Part shown: positions 1 to 12,899 of the stretch, in pieces
How positions within the stretch are numbered: the first letter of the stretch is position 1
Layout: each line of letters begins with the position of its first letter
NCBI GenBank assembly: GCA_900617105.1
Contig: UYFQ01000527.1
Coordinates: forward strand, 1 to 36,461
Direction: 5' to 3'
Source of the DNA: Hydrurus foetidus
Lineage: Eukaryota
DNA: 36,461 nucleotides
Notes under the pieces: generated by a model
Seen by the model: the letters and a program-made list of their open reading frames with translations, nothing else
Database searches by the model: none
What the model was told of the DNA's origin: nothing
Program-made: the position numbers and the translations under genes

Positions 1-3000
1 CGAATGGTATTACATTAGTCATAGTTGTACATATAGAAAAACCGATGTTATCATCCATTTTAACAAGTACAATAGGTATTTCTTTTGGGTTACCGTTCAC
101 ATCTAATATATCCGTACTATAATCATAGCTAGTACTACTCTCAAATACAAACCCAACGATTGTACCTTTAGCTCCATTATAGATACCTAGACAATATGTT
201 TGTATATATTGTTAGTATTGCATTTTTAATAATAGAGAAATAAATTCGTACCTATTTGAGTTCCCAAATTTCTTGTGCAGCTGACTCTCGTACCAATTGC
301 AATATCGATAAACCGGGGTAGACCATTGGGATTAGAAATTTTAGATAGTTTGTCCACGTCATCAATAGACGGAGCAATTCCTGGTGTTTTTGTCGAAGTG
401 TGCCGTGCGAATACACGAAAACATCTCACCCCCTCAGCCCTCTTCTCATCGAAATCGTTCATATTAAGACGATCAACATCTTTATTATTATGCGCTATCC
501 ATACTGCATTAGGTCCTGCGAGACGTTTAGCCGCAGCTTCACTAGTCATCAAACGCTCGTTAACAATATGTAATAAATTCATATCCACTTTTCCAATTCT
601 TGCTCCTTTCAGAAACAAATTCATATGTGGAGTAGCATCATTTCTGTACCTCGTATTTTCTGTCAACTCTACATATTCGTTTAAACTTAACCATATATCA
701 CGTCCCTTTTCACAGAAAATATTTTCTAACACATCAAAATATATAGGCTGTCCAAATACGGGTTTCAATTGATAAAAGTCTCCTGTAAAAAGTACGTGCG
801 TTCCCCCAAAATGGCAACATCCCATATTTATTCTTTCCGTTTCATCAGTGATAAGAGTACCCATAGATTTAGTATGCCGCACGCTAATTTCGTATAATGT
901 TTCCAAATTGATCATAGATATTTCATCGATGATAACTAATTTAACTCCATTTAATTTGGCACCTACAGCTTGCGCACACGGACCGGATATAACGTCACTT
1001 AAATTCGATTTGTTAAAGCCTTTTCCATACACAGATTGCCAAGTAAACCCTCGAATAACATTTGCGGCCGACCCAGTAGGAGCTACAGCAACCGCAGCAC
1101 CATATATACCATTTTGTTTACCATGAAATAAATTGGTGAATTCCATTATTAATGATATAAGAAAAGATTTCCCTGTTCCACCTTCTCCAGACACAAACAT
1201 TTTCATTTGATTTTGTATTTTGCCACTAATATATCCGACTGCTATATTATAAGCTTCGAGCTGTTTTATAGTTAAAAGCTCCACATTTTCTAGCAGTATT
1301 TGTAACCGGATATTATAGTTATCGACAGGAATATTATTTCTCACCATATTAAACACAGACACACTATCAATATCCACATTGACACGATTTCTAATAGACA
1401 AATTCTCCATAAATTTTTTTTGTTGTGTATGTACATAATGCATTAAATAATTTTTGGAAGATGTACACACATTAGTAAGAACACCATTATTATTGGAGAG
1501 ATCCGTTTCGATATAATTAATTACGGATTCATTTCTATCCGTATGTGAATTATACACATGTTCAATTTCATCATTCTCATAGTCATTGCCATCATTTGGA
1601 TCTCTCATTGTACTACTACAAATAGTACCCACATTTTTTCTTATCAAATCAGAATGTTGGTACTTCTCAAGAGTACTTTTCACGTACATAGGAAATAAGT
1701 TTTGATCTAGTGCAAGAGCATAGTATTGTATCGATGACAATCCAGTAGGAATTAGACACAGTTCACCAGCTAGTGGCCATGGAAGGTGCATTAATAAATT
1801 GGAGAAACAAGACACTTCATCACAGTGATTAATAGGAACATATGGACACAAATTCACAACAGTATCCTTCCGTAATCTTGTATAAACAGTTTTTTCAATT
1901 AAAAATTTATTTGAACCGCTGCTATTCAAAATAATACCATATTTATCAAGTACTAATAGGGGAGGAAATTTTAGATTACTATTCTTATTTGACTTCTCGA
2001 CGCTGATACTATATGATGTAAGTAAAGAATAGTATGAGACATTACAAACGCCATTGTACGTAGTTCTTTGTTGGCACACTAATATCTCATACGCACAACG
2101 TCGACCCAAATTAGAATTAGGGCCTGACTCAATAGCAGAGTCAGTATCCGCTAATTTACGGATACATTCGGGTCGAGTCTTCAAACTACGGACAACAGAA
2201 TCACCTATAAAAAAATAAACAAAAATAATTAGTATAATAATGTTAATATACAAATTCGATATGAAATATACAATACGTACGATGTAAAGAGTTCACGTTG
2301 AGAACTCTCCGCGAAGATTGCACGAAATTTAATCCCAACAAACTGTAGCAAGCCTGAACCGAACCGATAGGACTACTACCCAACAAAGCACACCCGACAG
2401 AATATAATCGATCACGATCTGTAATATTTGATGCATTATTCGACAAATATGCTATTTTCTTATTGAATATATTGGTCATAACTTTTTTATCGGGTTCTTC
2501 AAACTTAGATGCATACGATGCAACATATTCAGCAGCACCTACGGTATTTCCGATATATTGCAAATCATGATTGCCACCGTGAGCAATTGTAAGCAACGGT
2601 GAAATACAGGTCGCATTAATGTATGCATTATTCCTCTGAGGTAGGACAGAAACACGAACACGACTCTTTTTGTCACGGTCCTTGACAATAAGTGGTCCAA
2701 ATAAACAATCCTTCGACGTCCATGGGAAACCAAAACGACACACTTTGTCATGTTTACGACAGTATTTGTAACATGTGAAACAGCATCTGTGAAACTGATT
2801 TGCGATTTGTAAAGATCGATAATGTTGTTGAACATAAACATCAGAAAAATCGCCATTACAGGACCGCTCATAGTTCAGTAACGGATCAAAGTTGATCCGA
2901 CATGGATTGTCACCATCAACAAAATAGTCCTTATCAGGATTCCACAAAAGTCAGTTTCGTCAAGTCCAACTTCTCTAGAAAGTATAGAATAGTCTTCAAT

Positions 3001-6000
3001 CTTGCAAGGATTAGCAACGAAATTTGCGGAAACCACACCCTGAACATACCACTTAACTTTGTCTTGTTCGGAAGATGATTCACTATCAACAGATGTATTA
3101 TCAATTCCGTCGAGGTTCGATACGCAAATTAGACTATGGACATGCGGTGTACCACGTGCCTGAAACTGGACATAAGAGAGCAATGTACATGTATAAGAAA
3201 ATGAAACAGAAAGAGATAGTGTATGTAATAATGAATGTGACTGGAATTGATATGAGATTAAAAAAGTAATCCGAATGGAAAGACAATGAAAAAGACAATG
3301 ACCACATAATGAAAGATAGGAACGGATAAGAAATGAAATAAAAACAAAAAATTAGAAACCGAATAATATAGAAATGAAAAAGTGAAGGTGAAAATTTAGG
3401 TGAACACGAAAATGGAACTGAACATAGAATGAAAATGAAAAAAAAAGGAATATTAGAAATAAAATGAAAATAAAAATAGAACTGAAAATACAAAAAAAAA
3501 TGAAAGTGAAAATGAAAAGGAAAATAAAAATGAAAATGTAAAAGAAAATAACAATAATAATGAAAATAAGAATTTAAAAAGAAATAAAAATGAAATGGAA
3601 ATCAAAATAAAAAAATATATAAATAATAAAAAGGTGCACCTCGACTCTCCGCCAATAATCAGTTATGAGACCAAATGGACGGGCTTTGCCAAGAAGTATA
3701 TGTTTCCATATACAGTCTTGTTTAGCATCGTACAATCGTGCCATCGTAGCAGGATGTTTCCGTAACAGACTCAGTCTTTCAGATGCAACTAGACTGCGAG
3801 TCTGAGAAAAAATTACATATAGTTAAGACCATACTAACAAATAACCATTCGCAAACAGTAAAGTCACCTTAATATGACGGGCACCCCATGATTCGATGGA
3901 ACTGTCACTAATCGGACTCCCCACCACATCGTAAAATCGGCTCTCGTAGAGATCGGCAGGAGCCGTAGTAAAAAATAAACGCCATGAACCATAATTACAT
4001 ATAATAGGTGATGGTAACATAGCCATTAACTTACCCCTTTCATATGCAATTTGTGATGTAGTCCCTTGTAAGGATTTAGAATAGGGAATTAGTCTTTTTA
4101 TCAACTTTTCCATCTCGGTCGCTCGATTAATAGCTTCAGAATTACCCACAGGATCGACAATCAAATGAACAGCCGCTCCGACATTATCATTATTAACTTC
4201 GGTATTCTTCGTTACATCTAGATATGACAGTAACTCATTAATATCTTTTATATTAGGTGTATCATCATTGCTTTGTTCATCATATTCCTTCCGTTGAGCA
4301 AGATATGCTACACCACCTATTTTTCGTCTCATTTCCATTGTGTACATACTAAATATAAATTTTGCATTTTGCTGAAATCTACGGGCGTCAGGACCACCAC
4401 CAAGAGATAGCATATGCTTAGTGTAATTTGCCATTGTGATCATATTGCAATTAACATCACTAGGACACCCACGCCCATATGGAAATATAGTAGGAAAACA
4501 TCGGGGTAAATAATATTCTGGATTTTTGTATTGACAAACAAATTGATGATTAGCCGTACGCTGAAAAGACTTGGTACGGGGATCGACCAACGCATTACGA
4601 ATATCTTCCAATAATGAGACGAGTGTATTAGGTGCCGCTAACAGCAACTCATGCTCTTGTCCACTAGATGCTACAGTAGGAAAAGTTATGTTAACAATCA
4701 GAATATAGCGAACACATAGACACTTGTTCAAGGCAAGCATACGTACCTGGATTACAAGACGGTATATCGCCAGGAAACGGAATTTCAGCTACACCTTCAT
4801 CAAGTTCGAGTTCTTCCGCATCAGATACATCAATAAAAGGAATATCAATACACTCCGAATTATTGGCCCAATCGATAATTTCTGACGACCACTTCAACTT
4901 TACATCCTCATATAAGTGGTTATTGTGTTTCAACCAGATCAGCGCATTATAAACACGATTGGGACGATACGTGTAATCTTTGTTAAGTTTAGTACTGGCA
5001 TGTCGAAGTACAGCCGTACAATCAACAGTTGGCATGCGAGGTAGCTCCTTAGCAACGCTAGTCAGATCATTGATAATTGTGTAACAAGTAGCGCCCCGTG
5101 ATTTAAAGTGTTTCCCCCCAGCCAGACTAATATTAGTAACAGCACTATATATGTTGATCATACTCTCCTCAACAGAAGTTAGATTTTGGAGCTCATTGGG
5201 TATAGATCCAGTAAATAAACCACGAAATAGACACACCTTAGGACAAACAGACTCGCCACCATCCGAGTCGGTACTTTGATCATCTGATAAATTTGTTGAA
5301 ACATCTTCGCAACTTACCCCCCCTCTAGATAATTCATCATTTGTAACCTTATTCAAAAGTAATTGGCGAGAACACGTCCGACATATAGTATCCACATCAC
5401 GTATAAGCCCATCCTTAAAAAACGTATCCAGCTCTCGATTGAATATGGTATCATATCTGCTCTTACAACGTTCAGGACTAACCACGTTATTGAACTTAGT
5501 GGCGATCCCAGACATTTCTAGCAGGTCGCCAACGTCTGCAACAGATACACAACCAACGCGACTACCCTCTAAACCACAAATAGCACATACTATGAATTTC
5601 GATAACGAATCATAGGAATCACTATACGCAATAGCGTCAGAGGCGCTATGTGAAGGCGCAGGATCCAACAAACAACGAGGTATTTTCCTACGAAGCCGAA
5701 GAGAATCTCCGTAATGTTTGAATGGTGACGAAACAGAGAGAAGACGTTTAGTAGCAAGAATAGCACGATTCCGAAAGTCGACTCTAGGCAAAGCAACCCG
5801 GGGTTCATTACGTGAATGCTGAATGCAACCACGTCGAGTTGCAATGATAGACTGATAACGAACTCTCTGTCTCTTCACAGAAGCACAAGTAGCGGTTACC
5901 CTAGCACCAACCGTAGTATTAGTTACAGCAACAGACACACTATCATGAATACTGGCCAAATGTGATGAGTGATGAACTGGGTCGAGAATGCAATCGTAAT

Positions 6001-6472
6001 GATTGTGGCCAGTGTAAAGAAGATAAAAGTTATTGACACGATTACGACCCGGCAGGGGCGTTGCAAAAGTTGTCATCCATTTCATCCAACGGCTGACGAT
6101 ATGAGGCTGGAAAACGTATATATCAACAGGATACATGTGAACCATACAAGCCAGCTCAATCGCACCACCCCAGGACGTACTCTTCGACATATAGTTGACG
6201 TAGCGTTCAATACTGTAGTGCTCCAGAGCAATGCACTCAACAACTGAATAAACAGATCCAGGCCCAAGATAAAGCAACGTAGACGGATGAGATCGAATGA
6301 AATCGTTTATCTCAGAACGCAACAACTGAGGAGTGTAAGACGACGTCTGGTACATCCGATTAAGAAAGAAACAAAACGAATGATACAAGCAACTATTATC
6401 ACCGAGCTGTTTTATCACAAGACCACCAACAAGATCCCCATCGACGAGATCAACATCACAACTGGCATCCAT
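1..6472 (-). CDS. RepHel polyprotein: OTU cysteine protease, CxxC..CxxC/DUF6570-like region, HUH Rep, PIF1 helicase. About 1,900 codons lie in the window, 3'-partial, with one frameshift near 2947.
   Basis: Exons 6472-4747, 4670-3868, 3801-3640, 3165-2281, 2204-252 and 186-1 are joined by phase-compatible GT-AG introns. Motifs: OTU GDNSCLYHS / WGGAIEL / GHNHYD; Rep FFTTAPAD, WRRVE|FQARGTPHVH, EYVASYASK; PIF1 GEGGTGKS, APTGSAA, IIDEISM, GDFYQLKPV, LTENTR, G|IYNGAKG. An alternative start exists at 6634. Confidence 0.9.
3166..3639 (-). repeat. 474-nt low-complexity T-rich intron with degenerate ATTTTC/TTTCAT units
   Basis: GAG|GTGCAC donor at 3639 and TCCAG|TTT acceptor at 3166. The plus strand is a run of aaaatgaaaa-like units. 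Confidence 0.85.
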
Positions 6473-6812
6473 GACAACCACTATGTGACAACCACAATGT
6501 AGCAAGAACCAGATGTGTAACAACGAACTACAGTATATCCAACCGACGAACTGATATCGATGCGCAACACAAAGAATGAAACATGAAAAAAAAAAACCTG
6601 AATCGGGTCCCAAAAAGCAGGAGACATACTCCATACTGACTCAAAAAAGCAAGTATGTTTTGGATTTCGCTATATAAAGGTGGAACCACCATACGGTTAA
6701 TCCCCCAATACCAAAATACTGTGCCGTTCCAACAACTCAAAGAAGAAAATATTTACGCTACTTGTGAACGTGTCGCAATTTTTTCACCGCGTCGCCGGCA
6801 AAAAGAACAATC

Positions 6813-7462
6813 ATGTCAGACGCGAAACCAGAGGTGAGGGCTGAAGAACAAGGAGATGATTCCCGCACAGTCCACCTTGTTTCCGGTGAAGGCGAATCAT
6901 TCGACGTTCCGCTGAGTGTTGCCAAGATGTCTGAGCTAGTGAAGACGATGATAACCGACGATCAGGACGATGATGAGGTTCAAGAAATTCCGCTCCCTAA
7001 TGTAAAATCATCGATTCTCGCGAAAGTTATCGAATTCGCTCAGCACTACAAGAGGGAGGCCATGACTGAGATTGAAAAGGTATGACAATTGTGTTCTGTA
7101 TCATGAACACGAGACTGAATTAATAACATTGTTGACTCGAGATGCCGAAACTGATGAAACCCTCCGTCCCATTGTTACTCCGAAACATGAAGCCTCTGAA
7201 GTCGTCGAACATGTCTGAGGTGGTTCAGGACTGGTATGCAAACTTTGCGAATGTCGAACAAGAAGTTTTATTTGAGCTTATCCTGGCTGCAAATTACATG
7301 GACATCAAACCACTTCTCGATCTTACATGCGCTACTGTCGCAAGCATGATTAAAGGAAAGACACCAGAGGAAATCCGTAAAACATTCAATATTGTGAACG
7401 ACTTCACTCCTGAGGAGGAAGCCCAAGTGCGCGAAGAGAACAAGTGGTGCGAGGAAGCCTAA
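6813..7462 (+). CDS. SKP1: S-phase kinase-associated protein 1 (SCF adaptor), 2 exons
   Basis: [59 protein letters not shown] and ENKWCEE. Intron 7080-7192 (AAG|GTATGA..AAG|CCT) joins EIEK|PLKS. Confidence 0.97.
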
Positions 7463-7792
7463 ATCACTGCCCGAAATCTCATCTGCTTACATAATCCGCA
7501 TTCAGCCTATACCGCTTCCCCTGGGGGCGATGAAACATGTAAATATTTAAAACCCCACGTAAAAATTTAGTAAACAGTAACACCATTCTCGATGCACAAT
7601 AGCGGCATTGTGAATCGTTAACGCAAATTTAATTTAAAAGCAGAGCATGTAGACATCGAAATATACAGGCGACTTAATGTTCAATATATGTGTGATCATT
7701 CCTTCGGAGCGGAGGCTTCCCGAACACACATTTCAGCATACTCGTCATCTCTTCTTCTCCATGCTACTTGAAAATGAAAGTTCTCTCATGAC

Positions 7793-10700
7793 TCATGACT
7801 CAAAGCCCAATATGTGCTCTGTGAAGTTGTCCGAGTTGAAAATAGAGTCTCCATCAATTTTTCCAGCAAATGCTCCTAATAGAGCTGACAGATAGCAGTC
7901 CAGATCTTTCCCGGCTATTTTCTCCCCTTCTTTAAGTAGGAGTTCCTGAATGGCATTCCACGTCAGAGGGTCCTCGCGATTGCCTAGGCTACTGAGACAC
8001 GGAAAAAGGTGATATGAAATTTAGTAAACCCTTCACACTACATGTTCACACATCAACTCGAGCACACTCAGAATTTATTGTGCGTACAGTCACGGCATGT
8101 GGTTGAATTTACAAACTCACGTGACGATCGTAGCGAAAGAATCCGCAATCTCCTTGTTGCTGAGGGCAAACACGGGGCGGTGATTCACGTAGAGTGCGAT
8201 TAGACTTGACTGCAGAAAAAAAATCGAAAGCATAATCGTTAAATATCATATACAATATGTGTAAGAGTCAATGTGACACGCAATACAGGGGAGATATATT
8301 AAGTATGAAGAGTCACATCGCATCAATTTGAGTTGCGATATTCCGCACCAGGTCGATGGATTCCTCTGTGACCCCAGAAGTGATGAAGGTCTGGTATCGC
8401 ACCTGAAGTACGAAAACACAAGTTATGAATTAATCAAAACATGCCGGTGGGTGATTAGGGTATGTGCCGGATATGCACTCACCTCGTTTAGCATGTCCAC
8501 GACTTGTGCCTCGGAGGGATAGAAGCCCACAGCCCGCATGAGAGACGGAATCTCCTCGATAGGAATACGACCTGATACAGTTCGCTCCTCCACGCTGTCC
8601 TCGCCCTGTGCCCTCAACTGGCAGTAGTAGAAGTACTCTATTATGTCCTCGTGGAGATCGCCTCCTTCTCCCCCATCGAGCAATGATAGAAATGGTCTAT
8701 ATAGATCATTCTCCGAGCCTGAGACAATCCTAACAGTCTCACCATCCAAATGATACGCTGCTAAAGAGACACTGTTGTTGTTTATGTTATTGCTATCGGA
8801 GATGTCACCCTCCCCACTATTACTGAGATCGACTTCATACATGTATGAGGATTGATCGGACTGTCCGGCTGAGAACAGGTAGTGGCCGTCATAACTAACG
8901 GACAGAGCAGATATCGCACCGGAGTGAGCATTGATACCCATGACCTGTCGTCATCATTGTTACAGAGGTAGAGTTAGGGTGCACAGTCAGAGTGATGGAG
9001 AAACCATATTGATTATACTGCACTCACTGCATTCACATAGACGCAGCAGCTTGTTCACCTGAGAGGGGTCCCCCCTTAGGGGGAAGCTACCGATACCGAT
9101 AATGCGTGAGGTACAAGAGAAGGCGTAGTGCGTGACCTTGTCGTTCACCCTGATAGGAAGCAACCTGTTAGGAGGGCTAGACGCGCTGACAGATGGTGAC
9201 GATAACGTATGCGGTGTGATCCTACAGGAAGAAAAGTTGCTGCTAAAATTGTTCTGAAAATTGGAATCAAAGCAATTTGAGAACATGGGCGCTAGGGTTG
9301 TTTTTCTGCATTGTTTTGAGTGGGCATTGAATTCTTTGAATTTGTAGTCAGTATTAACGATCACGAATTTCTCTTCATTATCTTTTTCACTAATTCTTGG
9401 ATGCCACAAGAGAGCTGTGGGATTCGCAACAACTTCAATCACTGGGATCTTTATTTTCTCAACTGGCGCAACGCTTTTGAGGGCGTTATTTGCACCATTT
9501 TTATTACTCGTTCTACTTAGACTCTCCCTTCTCTGCCTCCTAGTCTCCTCTCCCGCTGGGGAATAGCACAGCACGCCTGTTTCTATAGAGGAGTTCTCCA
9601 AGTCGTACTCACATACTCTGCGGTCTTCCCCAAGGGAAATCAAGATCTGCAGGGTGGGGAGATATTTTACATGAAGTCCTTTTATATGTTATGCGATGTG
9701 ATGTAATGTGATATGATTTCTGATGCTTGTAATGCAGCCTGACAAATCGTAGAATACAATAGAACAAACACACACTCACACACGTGGACAAGAGGACCAA
9801 TAGATATTGCTATACCTCTTCCCCTTCTCTGTACCCAAAGTCCACACCCGCCACACGACCCGAGTGAACCTTGATGCGACCCACGTAGAGGTACATTACG
9901 GAGCGAGCGTCATCCTCAATGCTGCGCGAACATCGATATTGGAGGGATCATTATAACACAGAAGAGAAGCTATCGTGTGGACACGGCTTAGATACAATGA
10001 AATAAGAAGGTGCTGTAATTGCTATGACTTACTGTACAGACACTTGTAGCAGTAACGTACCGCTTAAAAAGAATTGTGTGATTTCCCGCATCGAATCCAG
10101 CGATGTATTGCCCTGAAGGGGAGAACTTCAAAAACTGCACTGCATCGGATGATGGACAGAAAGTGTGAATGTCTTGCAGCGTTTCCGTGTTCAGTATTTT
10201 TACATCCCCGTTCTTGAATCCGATTGCTAGCATCTCCCCTTTATTTGAATCGAATGCCATGCAACAGGGCTGAACAGACCGTCTGCAAGAAGGAATACAA
10301 GTACATCGTGATTTATAGGTAATATGTGCGACATTAGATAGATAGACAGAAGGACATGGAAATGATAAAGGACTCACTTTGCATCAGCGTTTGTACCCTT
10401 GGAGACTTTGAGAGTCTTGGACGCCTTCAAAATATGTGACTTTCCCTTGATCTCCTTCTCCTTATGGACCGAGAACTCTCTCAGATTCATGAGCAATTTC
10501 ATGTCGTAATTCCAAATTTGAATGGATCCTGGGTCAGAACACGTGAATGCCACTAGTGGTCGTGTGGGGTGACACTTTGCATCCGCCACATCACACGGAA
10601 AACCCTGTCACGTACATCACAAGAATCAAACAGCAATTTGAGGTGTCAAATCGGATGCAAGTATCCTCATGGATGTCACCTTGAAGTGCACATAATTCAA

Positions 10701-12392
10701 TCACATTGAATGACGTGGCCCTTAGGATGCAACGAAGGAATGCTAGGTCACCTGTAGAAGTAAAATACCCCTCCGATCCTCCGGATCCAGTTCATCAAAT
10801 ATGCTGCTGTCGATCCCTAACACGAGGAAATACAAATCGCAATCGATGAGATGCAAGACATTGATGTAATACAGTGACACTGTGATTTTTCACTGTATTG
10901 CATTGATGGGTTTCGTACTGTCTGTTAGGATTCATTTCCTTACCCACTACGAGAGCATCCACGGTTCCTATGGTGAAGTTAGGAACCCAGAACTTTAGGC
11001 CGGGGGCGCCCGTCTCCTTTTCGTCATATGGATTGCTCTCCACAGAGAAGGAAAGAGAGGTTATTCCACCTCCACAAATATCCTCAAACCAGCTTTCAAG
11101 TCGGAGGAAAAAATCGTAAAATCGTACGGCACCGTCCGTACAACCCAACGCCAAATAGTTATTACCAGTCGTTATCATCGTGGTTATTCCGCATTCTACC
11201 AATTTTAATACCTATCGAAACCATTGAAAATGTGGGGGAGCCATGTTGTGAGTTTGAGAGTTTCAGAGATAGGGTATCACCGCTCCCTCTCGTAAATCGC
11301 CATAAATTATGAAATGATGAAATGATGAAAGAAGATCTTATCTTTACCTTAGACGCTGCCTTCATGTGTTTCTTCTTCGCAGATGGCTCCAGTCTATTCT
11401 CAGCGCCTCCCATTCTCTGATGGAAGGGTTCCCAAACTATGACGAAACCGTCACTAGTGGCAGTGATGGCCGTATTCGTCCCGGATAAAAATATAGAACA
11501 GGTGTACTTCCCAGATAAATGACTGAAATCGGATTTAGGAACTTTGCACACGTAGTATTCAAAGTTGAACTCCTCCCAATTCCAGAAAATGACAGAGTCA
11601 GTCCCAGTGGAGACGATAGACAACTTGTTTGTCCTGTCGAAAGAAACCGTATGCTGCGTATCAGAATTTTCCGGAACTTCACAAGTGAGCATAGGCGAGT
11701 CAGCATTGCTTGAATGGCCTGAGATACTGTCGTTGTGCGATTCCTCTCTTGACCAGGCCCATATTGAAACCTCTTGATGAAGATTCTGCGGAGATTAATA
11801 AAGGTTCAAAATATCAATTTATCAGACAGTTTTTACATACAGCACGAATATGCCAGAAAACATTATGTACTTCAAATCGTTTTATCAGCCCAGAGAGTGT
11901 TTTGTAATGACCAGCACATGATGCAATTTAGAATAGATGAGATCATGGCGCTCGGTAAACATCAGCGAGGGAAACTGAAGTGTGAGGGTGATTTGATTGA
12001 GCACTAACCACGTTTGTCCCCAGAGTGACGATAAAAAGTGAATCATCAGAGATATCGACTGCATCTATCGTAAGAGTGCCGGGATTCGATATTATTCGTA
12101 TCGGCGCGCCAGAGTGTGAATCCCATATCACAATGATAGACTCCGCGCCTGAATCAAAAGTAACTATGAAATTCTTGTCTTTACTCACAGCGCAACATCT
12201 TATGATATCTTTATGCCCTTGGAGGATTGTTTGCGTACGATTTTCGAAATCATATATGACTCCAGAATTTGATGAAATGTAGAAGATGGCGTTTCTGCCC
12301 CTATCAGATAAATTCTGAACACCATTGATCATTCGATTCTGGAAGCCAAACGCCCATTTCTTCTTCAATGCGTTATTTAGCTTACTATCCAT
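7793..12392 (-). CDS. CFAP251: Cilia/flagella-associated WD40 protein with C-terminal EF-hand-like region, multi-exon
   Basis: N-terminal KWAFGF followed by WD repeats (LQGHKDII, DGAVRFYDFFLRLESWFE, AHSGAISALSVSYDGHYLFSAG). WDR66-like tail FYYCQLRAQG..EIPSLMRAVGFYPSE..DMLNEV. Last exon ends HILGFES* at 7793. Confidence 0.85.
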
Positions 12393-12899
12393 TTTCTATA
12401 TCATTTATATCACCAGAGAGAAAGTTTGAGTCACACTTCGTCAGAGCTTTGCAAAGCGTCTCGGCTATTGTTCACAATCTCAGTTGGAATTTAAAATCTT
12501 CATATTCGCTCCTGGGCGCTGCAATAAGACTCCCACTACGCCATGAATCTTCACTAAAAGATTCCACTTCACATGCTGGGATGTCTCACACAGGCATCGT
12601 TCCTGAGATATCTCTCTTCTGTAACTATCTAGCTCTTCAGCAATAGCAATTCACGTGATTGAGGTGGATATGATACTGTACTCTGTACTGAATCAGATAT
12701 TACTGCAAATGTTGTGCTTAGGCCGTTACACTTAACGGGTCATGTTACGGAAATTCACCGGAGAATTTTATTTCACGGTATTATACGACTGTACTGTACT
12801 TACAGCACGTACGGTAATACGGTTGATCAACGTTGAGATTTGAGATTATACTTCGAAGTTTCTCAGCGCTTCAAAACTTTGCACAGGCTATAGCGAAGC

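Larger units (their letters stand above)
1..6700 (-). mobile_element. Helitron-class rolling-circle transposon (OTU-bearing, Helentron/Helitron2-like). The 3' part lies outside the window and the 5' boundary is approximate.
   Basis: Encodes a HUH Rep plus PIF1 helicase polyprotein. The Rep/helicase part is visibly AT-richer than the host genes. Termini were not identified. Confidence 0.85.

Noticed and set aside
275..1126. Plus-strand ORFs here and similar antisense ORFs over UTP11, ELMOD, Prx and the transposases
   Set aside because: Shadow frames of well-supported genes on the opposite strand.
3134..3493. 119-aa Phe-rich ORF resembling a membrane protein
   Set aside because: It is the translation of the T-rich intron of the Helitron gene.
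6690..6760. Exact Helitron 5' terminus (TC or TT start)
   Set aside because: Several candidates exist and none is decisive without the 3' end or other copies.
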